64,000 nt of DNA from Amoebophrya sp. A120 (GCA_905178155.1 CAJINV010000001.1:14756142-14820141); one strand, 5' to 3'. Positions 1 to 14,567 are shown, counted from the first letter of the stretch. The notes: generated by a model from the sequence alone, not told the origin. Made by a program: numbers and translations.

Positions 1-157
1 ACTCATGGGGAGAACTAACTTCACTTAACACCTTATGCTGAAGCTGATTTCATTTCGCAAACGAAAATAGAGCTCGAGAACTGGGTCGTGCACCATCATA
101 CGTCGAAACCCCCCGGCTGCTGGAAAGCCGGCCGTCGCAGACGGAAGTACCCCCTTG

Positions 158-2060
158 CTACAGCAGCACAAGGACGCCAAGAACCAGAATAGCCACGAAC
201 ATGGCGGTGCCACAGCGGTTGTGCATGCGCTGCAGCCAGGAGAGCTTTTCCAGTTGGTTGCTCATGTTCAGCAATTTTGCGTCCATTTCCTCCAACTTGA
301 TTTGCACCTGGTCCACCTTCCCGCTGACGGCGTCGACGCTCTCCGCCACCAGAGCCACTTTCCCGTCGATCTGTGCCAGTTTGACGTCGATCGCCCGAAG
401 ACTTTCCTGCAGGCGCTCGAAGAGCTGCGACTCCTTGGCGCGCGCCTGATCGGCCTCCAGCTTCGACTTGCGGAGCGCTTCCATCTGCTGCGCGTGTTGC
501 TGGAGGAGCAGTTTCACCAGTGATTTGGTCTGCTCCGCGTTGCACTGCAGGATCATCTGCCGCATTTCGTCCTTTGCCGCGTGAATCGCGGCCGCCTGCA
601 GCTGCAACACCTGCTTGGTCTCGAGCGCATCCTTGCGAAAGTCCGCGTTAAAGTCGCTGGTTTGCCGCAATTTGGTGGATTGAAACACCTTGTCCACCAT
701 GATCTCGTCCTGTTCGCTGATCGTCGGAAACCGGTCCTGCCGGTTGTGGCTGCTGATACCGGAACGAAGACTTCGCCCGATCATCTCCGGACCCACAGCA
801 GACATCAAAGGGCCGGCGACGGGAACAGCCCCCCCGTCGAGTGCGGCGGTAGACGTGTGATTGGTGCTCTCCCTGCGCGGAAAAACGACTTCATCACTGG
901 CATTCTGTCTGGTGTCGATAAACTCTATCCCGAGTATATCTTGTTCCTTTCCATTGTGACCATCGCCGCAAAGGCCGGCGGATCCGAGGAATTTGTTCTT
1001 TCCTGCACCACACACGATGTTTCGCAGTGATCTATCGTTTTCCTCCAGCTCTTTGGTAGCCTCTTCTCCTGCGGTCACCGGCTTGTCCTGCCAGGCTGAG
1101 GCGAGTTTTGCGATTTCCCAAGTCCGCTGCGCCTCGTCGAAATCAGAAAAGAGCTGCGTCAGCTCCAGGCTCTGAAAGCGCGCCTGAGTCAATAGCTCCC
1201 CCTTCAGGTTCGGAGTGCTGTGTGTTTTTGCAGAAACTGAAACTTGAACGTGTTCGAGACTGATTAAGTACCTTGCGACAATGGAAGATGTACTCACACA
1301 GCATGCATTGATGTAATCGCGACGAAATCAACATATAATCGATGTCACACGTGTACTATTTGCTTTCGAAGGCGGCCCGCGTTTCCCAGGATGGCACCGG
1401 CACTTCGGCGTACTGGGCCTCCGCTTTTTTGCGCGCCTCCGTTTCAATGAGCTGTTTTTCCTTCACTCGCGGCATGAGCTCCTCGTGAATCAGGGACCAG
1501 TCCTCTTCCCCGAACTTGCTTGCCTTCCAGTCGTATTTTGCGTTGTTTAGTGCGTATTTAGTCGTCAGCCACTGGAGCGAGCGCTTCGCGCTGGTCAGGG
1601 TGAAGTTGATTTCGCGGATTTTCGTCTGCGCCACCCGGTCGTTGGTGAAGAGCATGTCCGGATCCATGTCGCCGTGCTCCCACAAATCGGCCCAGTGGGT
1701 CAAGCCGGAGAGGTAACCTTTCGCGTTGTGAATCAAATTAGCGACCACCTGGGCGTCGCTCTCAAAGTTGTGCATCACATCTTCCGCCCGTTCCAACGCC
1801 GCCTGTTTCTTCTCCTTGCTGCAACAACAGCACGATCGCGGGGCCTTGGTTCTTGTTCTTCGGGTCTTCACTTTATTCAAAAGAAATCGAAGTCTAGTCC
1901 GCTTGGCGTGCGCGGCGGGAACGGATAATCGGGAGAACAATGGGAGGAATAAAACCAAAGTGGTGGCACTTGTTGGAGCCAGACAGGACACGGAGCGGAA
2001 CCAACATGATAGCAATGTGAAAACGACCACCACCGGGCTCCTTGACAAAAGTGGCCGCAT
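158..2060 (-). CDS. Hypothetical coiled-coil membrane protein (2 exons; N-terminal hydrophobic segment, C-terminal TM anchor)
   Basis: ORFs 1356..2126 and 158..1297 join in frame through a GT-AG intron at 1218..1356 (AAA TA|gtacac...acacag|C ACT, giving ESKYTPNLKG). ATG at 2060 (MRPLLSRSPVVVVFTLL). Heptad-rich C-terminal half, ending in hydrophobic MFVAILVLGVLVLL. Confidence 0.6.
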
Positions 2061-2915
2061 GACGGTGGTGACGGGAACGGAAGTCCTTTGGTGTTGACTG
2101 ACTTCTACGTATATTTTCCTCTTCACGACTTGAAATTACGAGAGGAAACCAACACAAACGAAACTAAAATGAAACGAACGGCGAAAAAACGATTGTCCCT
2201 ACCGGACGGCAGCACGGCCGGAAAAGCAGCACACTAAGTGAAAATTTCAAAACTGCAGGTCAGAGAACGGAGGAACAAGGGAATGAAAACCATAAAGCAA
2301 CTGCACTTTTTTCGTTCGCATTGATATCCATGCGTCTTATTTTCAACTTCAAGAAGTAAATAATTAATCGCAACTGCTTCCAACACCAGATAAAAAAGAT
2401 GTCGTTCGTCCTTTATTTCGTTCATTTTCCGTCGGGGTTCCTACTGTGCGCCAGCTGCATAAAAAGAAAAACTGTCGTGAAAAACGTTCCGTTGCGCATA
2501 AAGAACGAAAAATTGTTGATCGGTCAAGACGATCGGTTTTTACCGAAAATTTAGATCACTCCTCTGATTTTCCAGTTCTCCTTCGGAGAAGCTGTTGTAC
2601 ATTCACATCCTATCTATCCATATTCATATTACGTCGTGGTAGTAGTACTGTAAGGCACTGACAGCGCAGCGTCGTTATCTTTATATTTACATTTGGAAAA
2701 ACCCGAGAACCCCCCGTCCTCCCAGAGGGATTTTGATTTTCATTCAACTTCAAGTAAAACTACATAAACAGCAAGAAATACAGGGTCACAGCTAAACGAT
2801 GAGCCCTCTATCGTGCCTATTTAGCTATGCTCCTCCCCAACTTCATCATGCCGCACGCGGAGCCGAGGCATGATGATCAATCGTTCCACCACAACCTGTA
2901 CCTCCCTAACGCGAT

Positions 2916-5900
2916 TCACTTCCATTCCAGAGAGTGCAAGCGGCATTGAATCAGGCGCTTCTTGAATTGGTGCACCGTGTTCCAATCTTGCGGAAGAGAC
3001 AAGCGGAGCAATTGCTCGGCCAACCCACTCCAGTCTTCCAGTAAGTAGGACAGAGAACCCAGAAAGTGCGTGAACCGCCAGGAGTAGGTTACCTGACAGT
3101 CAATGGACTGTGTGTCGTCATTCATCAAGATGTCCGGGTCAGTAGTCTGTTCGTAATTACCCTGCACTAGCGCCGGTGGCATGGCACCAAATTCGTCGTC
3201 GGTAGGGCGGGTTGTGTTGATGCAAGAACGATCCACGTTTGATGTAGTAGCATCCACCTGCTTTTTGAAGATGGCACAGGGGGTTTGTCCCCGGTCGTGA
3301 GGGGGACCATGTGCTGCGACTGCCCGTCCGCCATTTAACCGGTCCGGGGACTGCTGATTTGACTCCAGACGGAACAATTTTCGAATCGGAGAAACAATTT
3401 TTCCTGCATTGGTGGCGTAATTCGATTTGTCATTGTCTTCAACAACTTGCAGTGGATCTACCATGTAGTTTTCCTGTGCTGCTGCCCCATCACCTCGCCC
3501 AGCCCCACCGTTCGTGCTCAACATCAATCGGTCCAGTTCCGCCTCTTCTTTCTGCTTCGCAGCGACGGAAAGTAGCGTTGGGAGCAGCCCAAAGGCGTGA
3601 CGGGTGCGCGGATCGTCCTCCATTAATTGCGAACTAGCCGGCAGCGTCACGCAGTGATTTTGATCTACGTGCAGCTGCCCAAAGCGGGTCGGGCGGGCAG
3701 CAGAAGTGCCTCTCGTTGGTCCACCTCTACGCTGATGGTCAAGGCGGCCAACAATCTGGCCGTGTCTGGAGGGTCTGCTGCCGGCATTTGCTCCTGCTCG
3801 ACGCACCTCGTCCTCGTACAAATCCACGTGCTCCAGGCCGTGCTCCTTGCGCATGGACTCCAACTCCCGTAGAATCAGCGAATTACTCCCGCAGGGGATG
3901 TCAGTGCTTGTCGGGGGGGTCTCAGCCGACAACGGCGGCAGTCCGCCGGTAACGTCCAGCGCTTTCAGTTGGACCTCGGTGTAGTTCCTTGTATTTGGGT
4001 TCGATGGTCCTCCGCCATCTTCTTGAAGATTGTTCGCAGTTATATCATCAGCTCGTGCTTGTTCCGGAAGAAACACAGAGACCTCCGACCGGCGGTCTTC
4101 CGCGCGGTCGTCACCGTACGTGCTCGCGTTGGAAATGGAGCGCCGGTTCGGGTTTAGCAAGTGGACGTCCCTGGGATCGTGAAAATCCAGTGGTCCCGTA
4201 CACACGCAACTGTCGCGCTGCCGCCCCGCTCGGTTGTAATCAAAAATTTTTCCGTTCTTCGCGGTCAGATCGCCTGAATGTTGAGGACCTCCCTCGAAGA
4301 TATTTTCTTGACCGCGGCCGCCACGACGATCGTTTTTGTTCCCAGCGTGATCACCTCCTGGTAGAAGGTCTTGACCTCCGTGATTGAAGTGCAGCAACCG
4401 TTGCTCTTCGTTTTTCGCCCGACGCGCTCTCGTGATCGCCATGAAGCGGTCCCGAGCGAGAATTTTTGGCAAAATGTCTTCGCGCCAATTCGCCAGTAGC
4501 CGTTCCAGGTCTTCGAACGCCGTGCAGAGGGTGTCAAAGTTCTGCAAAGTCGCACAGATGTACATCAGTAGTTCCTCGTTTTCCTCCATGGCAAGCTCGC
4601 CCTCGTAGTGCAGGTCCTCTAATCGGTTCAACAGGTCAACCTCGCGCTTCTTCCCGGAAATGGCGTCCCTTTCCGTTATCTCCTTCAGTCGCTCCCGCAA
4701 CCGCGCCAGCAAATGTTCCTTCTTAATGCGCTCCGCTTCTTCGTCCTGCTCCTTGGTCTTCGCCGCGGGCGGGTTTTTGTGGTCTTTCTTCTTTTTCGAC
4801 TTCGATTTGGTGGCATGTAGTTGTTCTCCGCCAGAGCCAGCAAAAGCAGCATCAGCTATGTTTTCGTCTTGTAGCTGCTGTTGTTCCGGTGCCGCTTTAC
4901 TATTCTCCCCGTCCTTGTGGTCCTTCGAACTGTGGAACATCGTATTTGCGTCTTTGCTGGGCTCTTCCTCTTTGTTGAAAGGAGCGTGAACAGCAACCGT
5001 ATTCGGGGAATTCGCGCCTGGGAGGTCCACAACGGTTTCTTTGCTGGACCTTGCCGTATGAAATGGAAGAAGGCTCAGTCTAAACCCTGTGATATCGGAA
5101 GGTTGATGCTTTCAACTCCTTGACAAAGCGACGCTTGTTTTCGGGTTTACTTCTTGTCGAATCGGTACCTATGAAGATGACACGCAAGCTGCCGAGTCGG
5201 CCGGCCCTTGTTGTATGCTGTAGAAATTGCGCAGAACCTTAATTGAACTTTCACTCTTTTGACACTGGTGACTGCAAAAAGAAAAAATATGCAAGAGATA
5301 ACGAAAGCGACACAGGATGCGACCAGTGACGGTGTCTTCTCCACCCATAAGAAAAGCTCTGTTTGCTGGACGGGTCCTCCAGAGAAGTCCCGTCCTTCGA
5401 AGCGAAAGAATTTCTGCCCGAAATGTCGTACATGCTGACTCGCCCCGCGGGGCTGTAGGCGAGGTAGTTTTGGTTCTCGCGGTCCACCTCTAGTTCCATG
5501 TTCGCTGTAGTTCCATGTTCTCTTCGATATTGTTCGGAACGTTCCCTTCGCAAGTCGATGAATTCTTGCAGGTCGCCCTTCGAGGGCACGGTTTCTACGA
5601 TGGCGGTTTTCTGTGCGTTTCGAAATCGTCCGTTCTGTCCTTCAATGAGCAGTGTGGTTTCGTCGACCAGATCTTCTTTCTCGCCGCCCTCCATGTCTTT
5701 GGATCCGCTTTCCGCGTAATAATCGTCGAGGACGTTTTCGAACATATCAGTCTTTTTTAGCATCAGGAGGGAGACGTTCTTGTTCGCTTGGTCGTCGCTG
5801 TTCAACGTGGTCAACCTTCTAGAAGGACCACCTTCGTCTACATCTACTATTTCCTCTCGACCTCGAGGGAGTTGCTGGTGAGTTGTAGATGACATCTTCA

Positions 5901-8900
5901 ACGCCAGCGTTTTGTTCTTCCGGAACTCGCCCTGAGCAATAAACTCTTCATCGTTCCTCTCCGGCTGAGAAAGTCGTGCGTCACCTTGTTCGACTACATG
6001 ATCCTGCTGATGTTTTTGCTCCTCTTCCTCCTCTAGCGCTCTTTGCCTCTTTTTGTTCCTTTGGGTCTGACAGAACTTCTTGACGTCCTGCCGTACTTGC
6101 CTTTCCACGGTGGCATTGGGGTCGACGCGCACTTCCGTTGCCTTCATCCCGCCGTCCCGCTCAAAAATCAAGAGCTCCACCTCTTTCTTCGCCCCGGCGT
6201 CGAGCAGGTTCTGGATCTGGAAGTCCATGAGCGAGGCGAACGCGTCCGCCATCCGGGACACAATGCCCGTCAGGTCCTCCATGGGAATGTACAGGTTTTC
6301 CTTGGGAGACAAGTTCGTTGCTGTGCGGTTGAAGCGGCACCGCCAGTAGCCCAGCAGCTTGATCCAGTGGTGCAGCTTGCTGAGGCAGGTGACGCGTCCC
6401 TTGCCCGCTTGGTGCATGCCGGGGATCCACCGTAAAAGGCCGCCGAGACACGTGCCCCCATTCACCAACTCCTGCAGAATCTGCTGGTCCTGCCACATGT
6501 TGTTGGTTTCGTAGAATTTCCGCGCGATTTCCGCCTGCTGCTCAGCCTGCGTGCCGTCGATCGCCGCCAGCGTCTCGAGGCCGCGCAACGCCCGCCGCTG
6601 CAGTACCACGTGGCGCACCGCGCGCTGGAACACCCGCCGCAACTCCGCCCGCGGGCGCCCCCGGTACGCCTTCGACGTGCGCTTCCGGCGGGTCTGAAAG
6701 TCATCCAACGCTGGGATCAATGTCAGCCGGCCGGCATCTTCTTCTGGATGGACGCCCGTACTAGTACCGTTGTCCAGCAGCTTGATGTCGGGGTGTGGGT
6801 ATTGGTGCTCATCGAACGAGGACTTAGACTTACGCGCGGCCACTGTGAATTGCGCTCCTGCTGCATGCTGCACATTCATAGTCGAGGGTAATGGTTCTTC
6901 TCTCGCCTGTCCTTCATCACCTTCATCTTGACCTTGCCCAAGAAGTGAAAGCCTCTGATCCTTGTTGGTGGCGGAGACAAACTGCAGACGATGAGACCGC
7001 TGCGCGCTGCCAGGTCCGTCATTTGCACCGTTGACGATATCGTCTGTGCTGTTCAAATAGCCTGGAGACGCCGCCGCGGTGGTGGGGCGCTGCGGGGTCC
7101 CGAGGAGTGGAGCGTGCTCTGGCTTCTCACTCTCAAAGTGTTCGTAAAACGCCACGCTGGCCACACGCTGCTGACTTTGAAGGTCCACCGGAAGACCCGA
7201 AGAAAGTGTGCGGTCATCTGCCGTGGCATTCGCATTTTTTTCCTCATCCTGTCCACCTGATCCCGCGTTGATGTCAACATTGCAGGGGGGCGAAAGAATG
7301 TCCTCCACACTGAGATCTTCATCGCGACCGACAGGTGCTGCAGACGTCACTTCACCAGCGCGAGTGGTACTAGCGCTTACCTCTGTTGTATTCGGAAACA
7401 ACGTTCTTACCCGGAGGTCCTGTCCCTGCTCTTCTTCATTCATTTTGATGTGGACAGTTTCATCGTTGGCTCCGTCTTCAATCATCGTCTCCAGTGAAAA
7501 CGGCGTGATCTTGCCACTAGCGCCTCGAGGTTGTTGCTCTTGTTCCTCACTCATCTTTTCCCTCGTGTCACAACCAGCCTCGCCGTTATTTTTTGACGTT
7601 TTGCTTTTCAAATCTCCATCGGCAATTGCAATTGCTGGCGCTGCCGGTCTTCCAAGATAGATCCCGTCCAGCAACTTTTGTCGGTATTCCTGTTCCTTTC
7701 GGTACTTGCGGAAGCCCTGCAACAAGAGAAGGAAACTCTCCCGGACCGCGTCGCGCGTGTTTTGCAGCATGTCCTCGCGGACTTTGCGCAGCTTGAGGTG
7801 CCTCGGGAACACGTAGGGCAGCAAGAGGGAAAACAGCACCCCCGCCAGCACCCCCAGCGCCACTCCGGCCGACCGGCGGAGCACGGACACGTACATGGAG
7901 GAAGCGTGCTCCTGCCCCACTTTGTCCAAATTCGTCTGGACGTCAATAATCAGGGCCTTCAAATCCAGGCTCTCATGTTCTTTCAGGTAGTCCCGGTAGC
8001 TCATGCTGGTGCCAGAAGATGAACCTCCACCGGGCGAGGATGTCGGCTGCGCCAACGGCGAGGATGTTGAACCAATATTCTGATTAGCTGCACCAGGAGC
8101 TGCTCCCCCAACGGCTTGCGGACGCAAACCCCGGAGAGTGCGGGGCGGGGAATTATTAGTACCAGTGTTATTTTCCTCGGCAGGGTTTGCTGGTTTGCTG
8201 ATTTTCAGTTTTTTCGTGTGCTCATACAGCTGCCGCAACTTCCGGTTCTTCTCGTGTCCGTGGAGCAAGGCGTGATCGTCCGCGTAGTGCCGCTGCACGG
8301 TACCGAACAGGATCATGGTCCAGGCACTGATAACCACCGCGATGGGCTTGCGGTACCGGCGTCCGAACCGGAATTCCTTCGCGAGTTCCAACAGAAACAG
8401 AGACCCGAGGAACATGGTCACGAAGAGCCACAGGTGCAGCTGGTAATTGGGCAACTGGATGGTTTGGATCAGTCGGGGCCGCCCGTCCTCGCGCTCCACA
8501 GCGGACCAGTGGTCGTCGATCGCAAAGTGGACCAGGTCGGGCTGGTGGTTTTTCGGGTCCTTGGGGATGCACTGCAGCAGAAACGTGGCCCAAAAGAGAC
8601 CCAGCACGCAGGCGATCACCGTACCCACCAGGTTCGTGACCGTGTTGGCGATGATTTGCTCGTAGCGCGCCCCCACGCCGGACAAAAACATGACGGACAT
8701 AATGGCGTAGTTGCACATGTTGCTCCCGCTCCCGTTGAACGCGTTCTCCCACCCGAGCTCCCACAACACGACAAAGCCCACGGTCAACAACGCCACCGCG
8801 GCCCACATCTTGCTCGCCTCCGCGCACGCCTTCAAAAATTTCTTCTGGCTGTTCCGGGCCGCAGTGCTGCCGGGCTCATCGTTATCCGGATCTGTCGTGT

Positions 8901-9062
8901 TTTATTTCAGTCTTCTGGGTCTTAATTGCGTTAGGAATGCGATCGATCCACTTCTTTCACAACTCATTTCTAAAATCGAAATTTTTTATCCAATTTTCAC
9001 TTTGGTTTCGATGAAGATTCGATTAAGATACCTTTTCCTTTGCCGGCACGGTCGGACATCAT
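2916..9062 (-). CDS. Large ALMT/FUSC (aromatic-acid-exporter)-like membrane transporter with long low-complexity insertions, probably 3 exons
   Basis: ORF 5251..8835 has several TM helices and ALMT/FUSC-like motifs (YAIMSVMFL...NLVGTVIACVLG; RRSAGVALGVLAGVLFSLLLPYVFP). GT-AG introns 8892..9030 and 5080..5344 join it in frame to an upstream MMSDRAGKGK exon and to ORF 2916..5030, which ends in a helical segment (FTHFLGSLSYLLEDWSGLAEQL). Family call is by motif recognition only. Confidence 0.55.
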
Positions 9063-10887
9063 TTTGTTCAACTGAATGTCGAGCGGAACCGCCGAGGCAG
9101 ACACAATGAGTCCATCGCGTCCTTTTGTCGTCAAGTAAAAACGTAGAGTCACACACCGAAATGCAAACTTTGGCGTGATTCTGCTCCTGCATAAAACCAA
9201 CATGCACATTTATCAACTCTCAAACATCACTTCTACGAAGAAATTTCAGCATATAAGATCGGCACTGGTGCGGAGAGCAACAACCAGAACCACCGGGGCC
9301 GGCTATAAAATCGGGTCGAGCGTAAGCAGTATATATAAAAATCTCTTTCGGCGAAAACGTCTGACTTGGTTCTTGTGGTTCAACATCTTCTTTTTCATCT
9401 GGTTTTCTTCGTGATTCATGACAAATTGAAGTTGTTCGGATTTACTCTGCATTTTCCGATGATACGCTTGAGTCCGTGCTTCTTCAGCAGGGGCGCAATC
9501 TTGCTGTTGCGCGGCGTGGCACAGACGTTGTACTCCATTTTGTGAAAAAATTCTTCGTATGTTTTAGTGAAAAGCAAAACAAAGGAAATCCAAAGCAAAA
9601 AGTCCGCAAGTCGTTAGACTCTGCTCTGAGTTTTGTAGGAACGAAAGGTTGTAGCAACGAAAACCACGACAACAACAAAGTGCTAACTTCCTTGTATTTG
9701 TATTTCTAGTTCTAAGTTCTTTTTAAGTACTTCAAAAAGAACTACGAGTCCCAGCGTTTAAGTCGATTTACTGGTAAGTCGACATTGAGGCTTTACGCCG
9801 TCACGGTGCGTCCTGTCCAATGAAGTGCTGCTCAAGCGACAAAAATAAAATACGTGAGTGTCAACACTTCTAAAGTAAAAGCGAATCAGACGCGCAAGTC
9901 CATACGCGAAAATCTTGATCTTCTACCACGCAACCACTAATTGTTATCCAGAAGCAGGACGGACCAACACTGACCTCAAAAAAGGATCGCTCTTGCTGGC
10001 ACAAGATTAATGTTGTGAACTTCTGTGAGTGCTGGTTATCTATGTGCTACTAAGGCTGACATAGAAAACTCGAACTCCAGAATGTCCTGGCTAGTGATCG
10101 TGTGTATTGTGATCGCCCATGAACATGATCACGACTTTTGACAGATACATAGAACGCCGCAGAACTACAAACGCTCGATATGATAAAGGGGATCCTCAAC
10201 AACCTCGCCCTCGCTAGAAAACGGTGCAAGAAAAAATCTGGTGATCGTGATGACACAGAAATGGTTTCAAGGTAGTTGCCAACCGCAACAAGAACCAACC
10301 GCTGCAAGTTAACTATAGCAAAAAGATCTTCAATGAAGGTATCACAATGAATCACCATGATGGTACGGCACGACCTCCGCTGCGAATTTATCCTCTGAGA
10401 GCACACGCAGATGGTGGAAGGATCCGACGGCACTCGTCCGCAGAACTAAGTACCAACTTCCAGATCTTCTCAAAAACATGCAACATGATGGATCCGCGTT
10501 CAACATTTGTTCGACGTGGGACGTGGGGACACAATCCGTGGTGGTCAGTTTGAACAAAAAACAGGAGCTGGCGGGCCATTCTCATTCCCACACTTGGAAC
10601 AAGAACTCCACATAGCAGTCGCACCTACGAAGCAGCCGCGGGAAATTTTCTCCTACTGACATTTGTGATTGTTGAGCAGAAAAAGAGTAGTTAATGTAGA
10701 AGCGCTGAACAAGATTCGCGACTGCTTAGAGCAAGAACTTTTCAAGCACGACAAAAACCACATGAAGTGATGGTACTAGGTAGATTAAGCAATGCAAAGT
10801 GATGAGGTCGCTCACCAACTCGTTTTCGCCACACTCCTTTCGTTCCAACAACTCCCTGGCAACAACATGTGGAGCTTGACTTGACCT

Positions 10888-13800
10888 TTACATCCGTCCT
10901 GGCAACCGGGTTCGCTGTGCGAGTATGATCCAGCAGGCCAGGACGTTTTCTGGGTAGAGAAAAATCCTGCAGCGCACCGCGAAGCCCATGTTCTTTAGGG
11001 GACCTTTGGTTCCGAAGGAGCTGCTGGTGCTGGTGACCATTTTCTGTACCGTGCTCGACTCGAGCATCACGGAAAAGAACCGCTCATAGCGGATGTCGTT
11101 GAACTGAATGGGAAAAGCGACCATTTCGTCCCGCTCGTCCGTGCAAAAGTGCAACCGCGCCATCTCCTCGAAGACCTGGACGGCAGCCGACGACTGTAGC
11201 TGCACCCGCTCGGTCTCGCAGTTGTGAAGCGCCAAGCCTTTGTTTTGTTTTCAATACTGCTGCGTCTCATCGTTGTTCAACTGTATACGTATTTTTCTTC
11301 ACTCTGAGGATCACGACTGCAATCACTTTGATACCCGAATTCAGAGAACGAGACAGCCAAAAGGCCTGTAAATTTTATAAGTAAAAGACTACCGAGTAGA
11401 GGCTCTAGCGTCTTCTCCCAGGGTAGCGATCTCCCACAGGCTTTTTCGAACTGCGAGCGCAACACGTCCTCGATCCTACTTTCCACGAAAGCCTGTTGGT
11501 TCGCGAAATTCCCGCTACCCAGAGTGCTCCGTTGTAACGGTCCTGGAATCATTGCGGGCGCGGGCAGCAGGGTCTGTTGGTGGCTGTTGGGTGCCGGTTT
11601 ATTCTGGGCATAATTCTCAACGCGAAGTTTTTCGAGCGTATCGTCGTCAATCGCTGTTTTCGGCACGTCAACCATCATCTCTTCATCGTCGTCCTGACCG
11701 GGTGGTGGCTTAACCAGATCGTCGATCGCGGTGACAATGTCGTGCGGCGTGGTGGGTGGCGAGGTTGTGTCGTCTTCCGGAAAGGAAGACGTCTGTTCCA
11801 CCACCATGGCGGAATCCGGTGCCACGGCACCGTCCTCTTTGCCCACTTTTTTGCTTGTCGCGCCGGTTGCATTTTCTGGCTTCGTGAAGTCGTTTATCAC
11901 GTTCCAGGTGGAGAAGTAACGGTCGCCCCATTTCAAATCCAGCGTAGGGCGCTTCGGCAGCGGGTTCTTGAACTCGACCCACGAAGAGCGAATGTTGAAA
12001 AATCCCAGCATCCGCTTTCGCCGCTCGGGTCGCGAATACGTTGCGGCTTTATTCGTGGAGGAAGAAGAGGTTTGTACTGGTGTCGCTGCTTTCACCAAGG
12101 CCTGGGCAGGAGGTGCTTTACTCCCCGCGCCTACTGCGTTCGCGCCGCCGCTCTTGCTCGCGGTGGTGCCTCCTGCCTGCTTGCCATTTTTTGCGCTAGC
12201 AGCTGCGGCTCCACCAGGCGGTGCCTTGCTCTTGCCGCTGCTCGACGCGCCACCGCCACCCGCGCTTGCGGAAGAGTCCTGGGCCGCAAGAACCATTGCA
12301 GAATTGGCGGTGGTAACACCACCAGCAGAAACCAGTTCGTTAGTACTTGCTGCATGATTCCCAGCGGTAGCCAATCCGTTTTCAAGCGCTGCGGAGGTTG
12401 TGTCGGTGTCCAGATTCGGAAATCGATCGTTCGGGTTAACGTAAATAAATTCGTTGTTGAAAGCCACCTCCACGCTTGTCACGCGGGAACACGGATCGCT
12501 CACCTTGTAGCGCTCGGCCCGAAGAGGGTCCCAAATTGTCGGCTCCTCCGGGCCGCGGGTAAGTACGAAACAGCACTGTTCCTGCTCGCCAGTTTCGATG
12601 CCCGCGAGAGCGGCCAGCTTGCTCGCTGATGTTTAGGTTTCAGTAACTTGCTCAGATGACGTCAGAAAGACCCAGCTCAACCCTTTTTTGTTTTCATAAA
12701 ACGACATATCAGACGCGAAGACGGATGAATGGGAAAGACTAGTTGTGCAAGACTGACTGGTACCCGCTGCCAAGGGCGAGGAGCGTGTTCCCAGACACAC
12801 GTAGGCCTCCATACACCAGCCGCCGACCAGCAGACCACACAGCAGCAGGCATTTTTCGACGGAGGATGCCTCGTTTTGCGCGAAGATATGCTCGGTGCTG
12901 TGCCAGCAGATGTGGTCGCGCTTCTCGAACAAGACGTCTCGCTTACTGGGGAACAGGCTGCAGAACCGCAACGCGTGAAGCGGAGTCTCCAGGGCGCGCG
13001 CACCGTCGATCGGGCGGACAAAGCTGCAGAGCGGGTGCGTCTCGCCGTTCTCCGTTTCGGCGTAAAAGTCGATGCGCTTGCGGAAATGCCGGTGGATGTT
13101 GTCCGCGAAAGCGTCGAGGTCGTCGAAGCACTTCCGCAGGCGGGCATTCCGAAACTTGATGGAGCACCTGTCCTCAATACCCCCGTCAGGCTGTGAAGAC
13201 AATTTTGTACAGATTTTATATATACTTATTTCCGGGTTCACAGTACAGAATTGTTGCATCTATCATGATCTTCACTCGTGGCTGTCTAATCTTTAACTCA
13301 AACTCTTGGAACATCAAAGCGTCTGACTTTATACCAGAACGCGTGGCCGGAGCGGCCAATCGCCGCCGAGGTATTGCACTTCGAGCTCGATGAGGCCTTG
13401 GACCAGCTTGTGCTTCTTCTCCGTCCCGGTCAGTTCGTAGACGAAATTTCCCTCCCGCAGCGCCAGCTCCTGACTGCTTATCATTTCGACCTTCTGGTCC
13501 GGCCAATGCCGGTAGACGACAATGTGGAAAGATTCTAAATTCGCGCGCTCGGCAACCTGTTGAAGATCATGATGTTTGATTTGGTATAAAAAACTATCAC
13601 AAGTCAGAAATTATCTGCGCAATCGGAAACGCTTCCGCCAGGCTTTAAAGTGCAGTCTCTGCTTCATCTTGATCTTCTTCGAGTGAAGCAACCGTCGAAT
13701 CACTTCCTTGCTCCTTACCTCGTCGTGGCTCATCTCCCACTGCAGCACTTGATTCCAGACACAGTCCGGTCCGCGGATAAATATCGGCTTGGCCGTCTTG

Positions 13801-14567
13801 CGTTCGCGGGACCCTACGGCGAACTGCACACAGAGGTGACAACCGGCAAACTCTTCCGGGCTCAGGTGGTCCAGAAACGCCTTCCCACGTTTCAGGTGCA
13901 ACGCAAACACCGGGTACCGGCGGGCGTGGTGCAGAGCGTCTTTCTGCTTCATCTGCTTCAAAAACGTCAGGTCTTGAGTAATGGTCGGTCCACCGAGCGT
14001 CGGCGCCAAGCTGCGCCCTCGCTGGTGACCTCGCTGTTGCGAAGCGCTAGTAGAAGACCGTGCGGCACCGGTCCCCGTGAGGGGAGCAGCGCTGGCAATT
14101 CTGTCTGCGGACGAGGCCGGAGCTGTATTGCTGGTCTTCATGGCTTTCAGTGCCTCAGCCTGCGCCTGGATTTGCGCGGCGGGCGTCGCGCCTCCGCCGT
14201 CTTCGGTCATGCTCTGTACGCCTGCAGCCTGAATCATCTCGGTGGAATCGGTCGGCTTCGCGTTGGGCTTGAAGTACGAGCCGAAGGGCTTCTGCTCCGC
14301 GATCGCGCGTTGGATCGTGGAGTACAGTGTGCCAACCAGACCCCGCTCCTCCAGCTCCCGCAGAGTGGCAGTGGTATCGCCCCGGTGCTTATCGAAAATA
14401 CTCTGCACATCCTCATTGTTCAAAAGCTCCGCACGTATGGTGCGCCCAACTTCCCGCACATCGAGGTTGCTCGCAAGCGGTGCGGTACGCCCGGTCCCTG
14501 CTGCATCTGCCGTGGCGGCCGCCGCGGACTTCGTATTTGCAGCTGGTGCTGCGCTTGGCGCTGGCAT
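10888..14567 (-). CDS. CEP76: Centrosomal protein CEP76-like (C2 domain plus transglutaminase-like region), about 5 exons
   Basis: Motifs LHLKRGKAFLDHL, EKCLLLCGLLVGGWCMEAYVCLGT and C-terminal AVRCRIFLYPENVLACWIILA match CEP76. Canonical GT-AG introns (about 13557..13718, 13191..13334, about 12626..12763, 11238..11392) give a continuous frame. Confidence 0.8.

Noticed and set aside
9416-10624. Short minus-strand ORFs between the ALMT-like gene and CEP76
   Set aside because: No consistent exon chain or recognisable motif could be built, so they are left unannotated.
13191-13334. Short inverted repeats (acaattttgtac/gtacagaattgt) in a CEP76 intron as another introner
   Set aside because: The repeats are internal and short, with no TAT...ATA termini or 5-bp TSD. 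The intron is an ordinary GT-AG intron.
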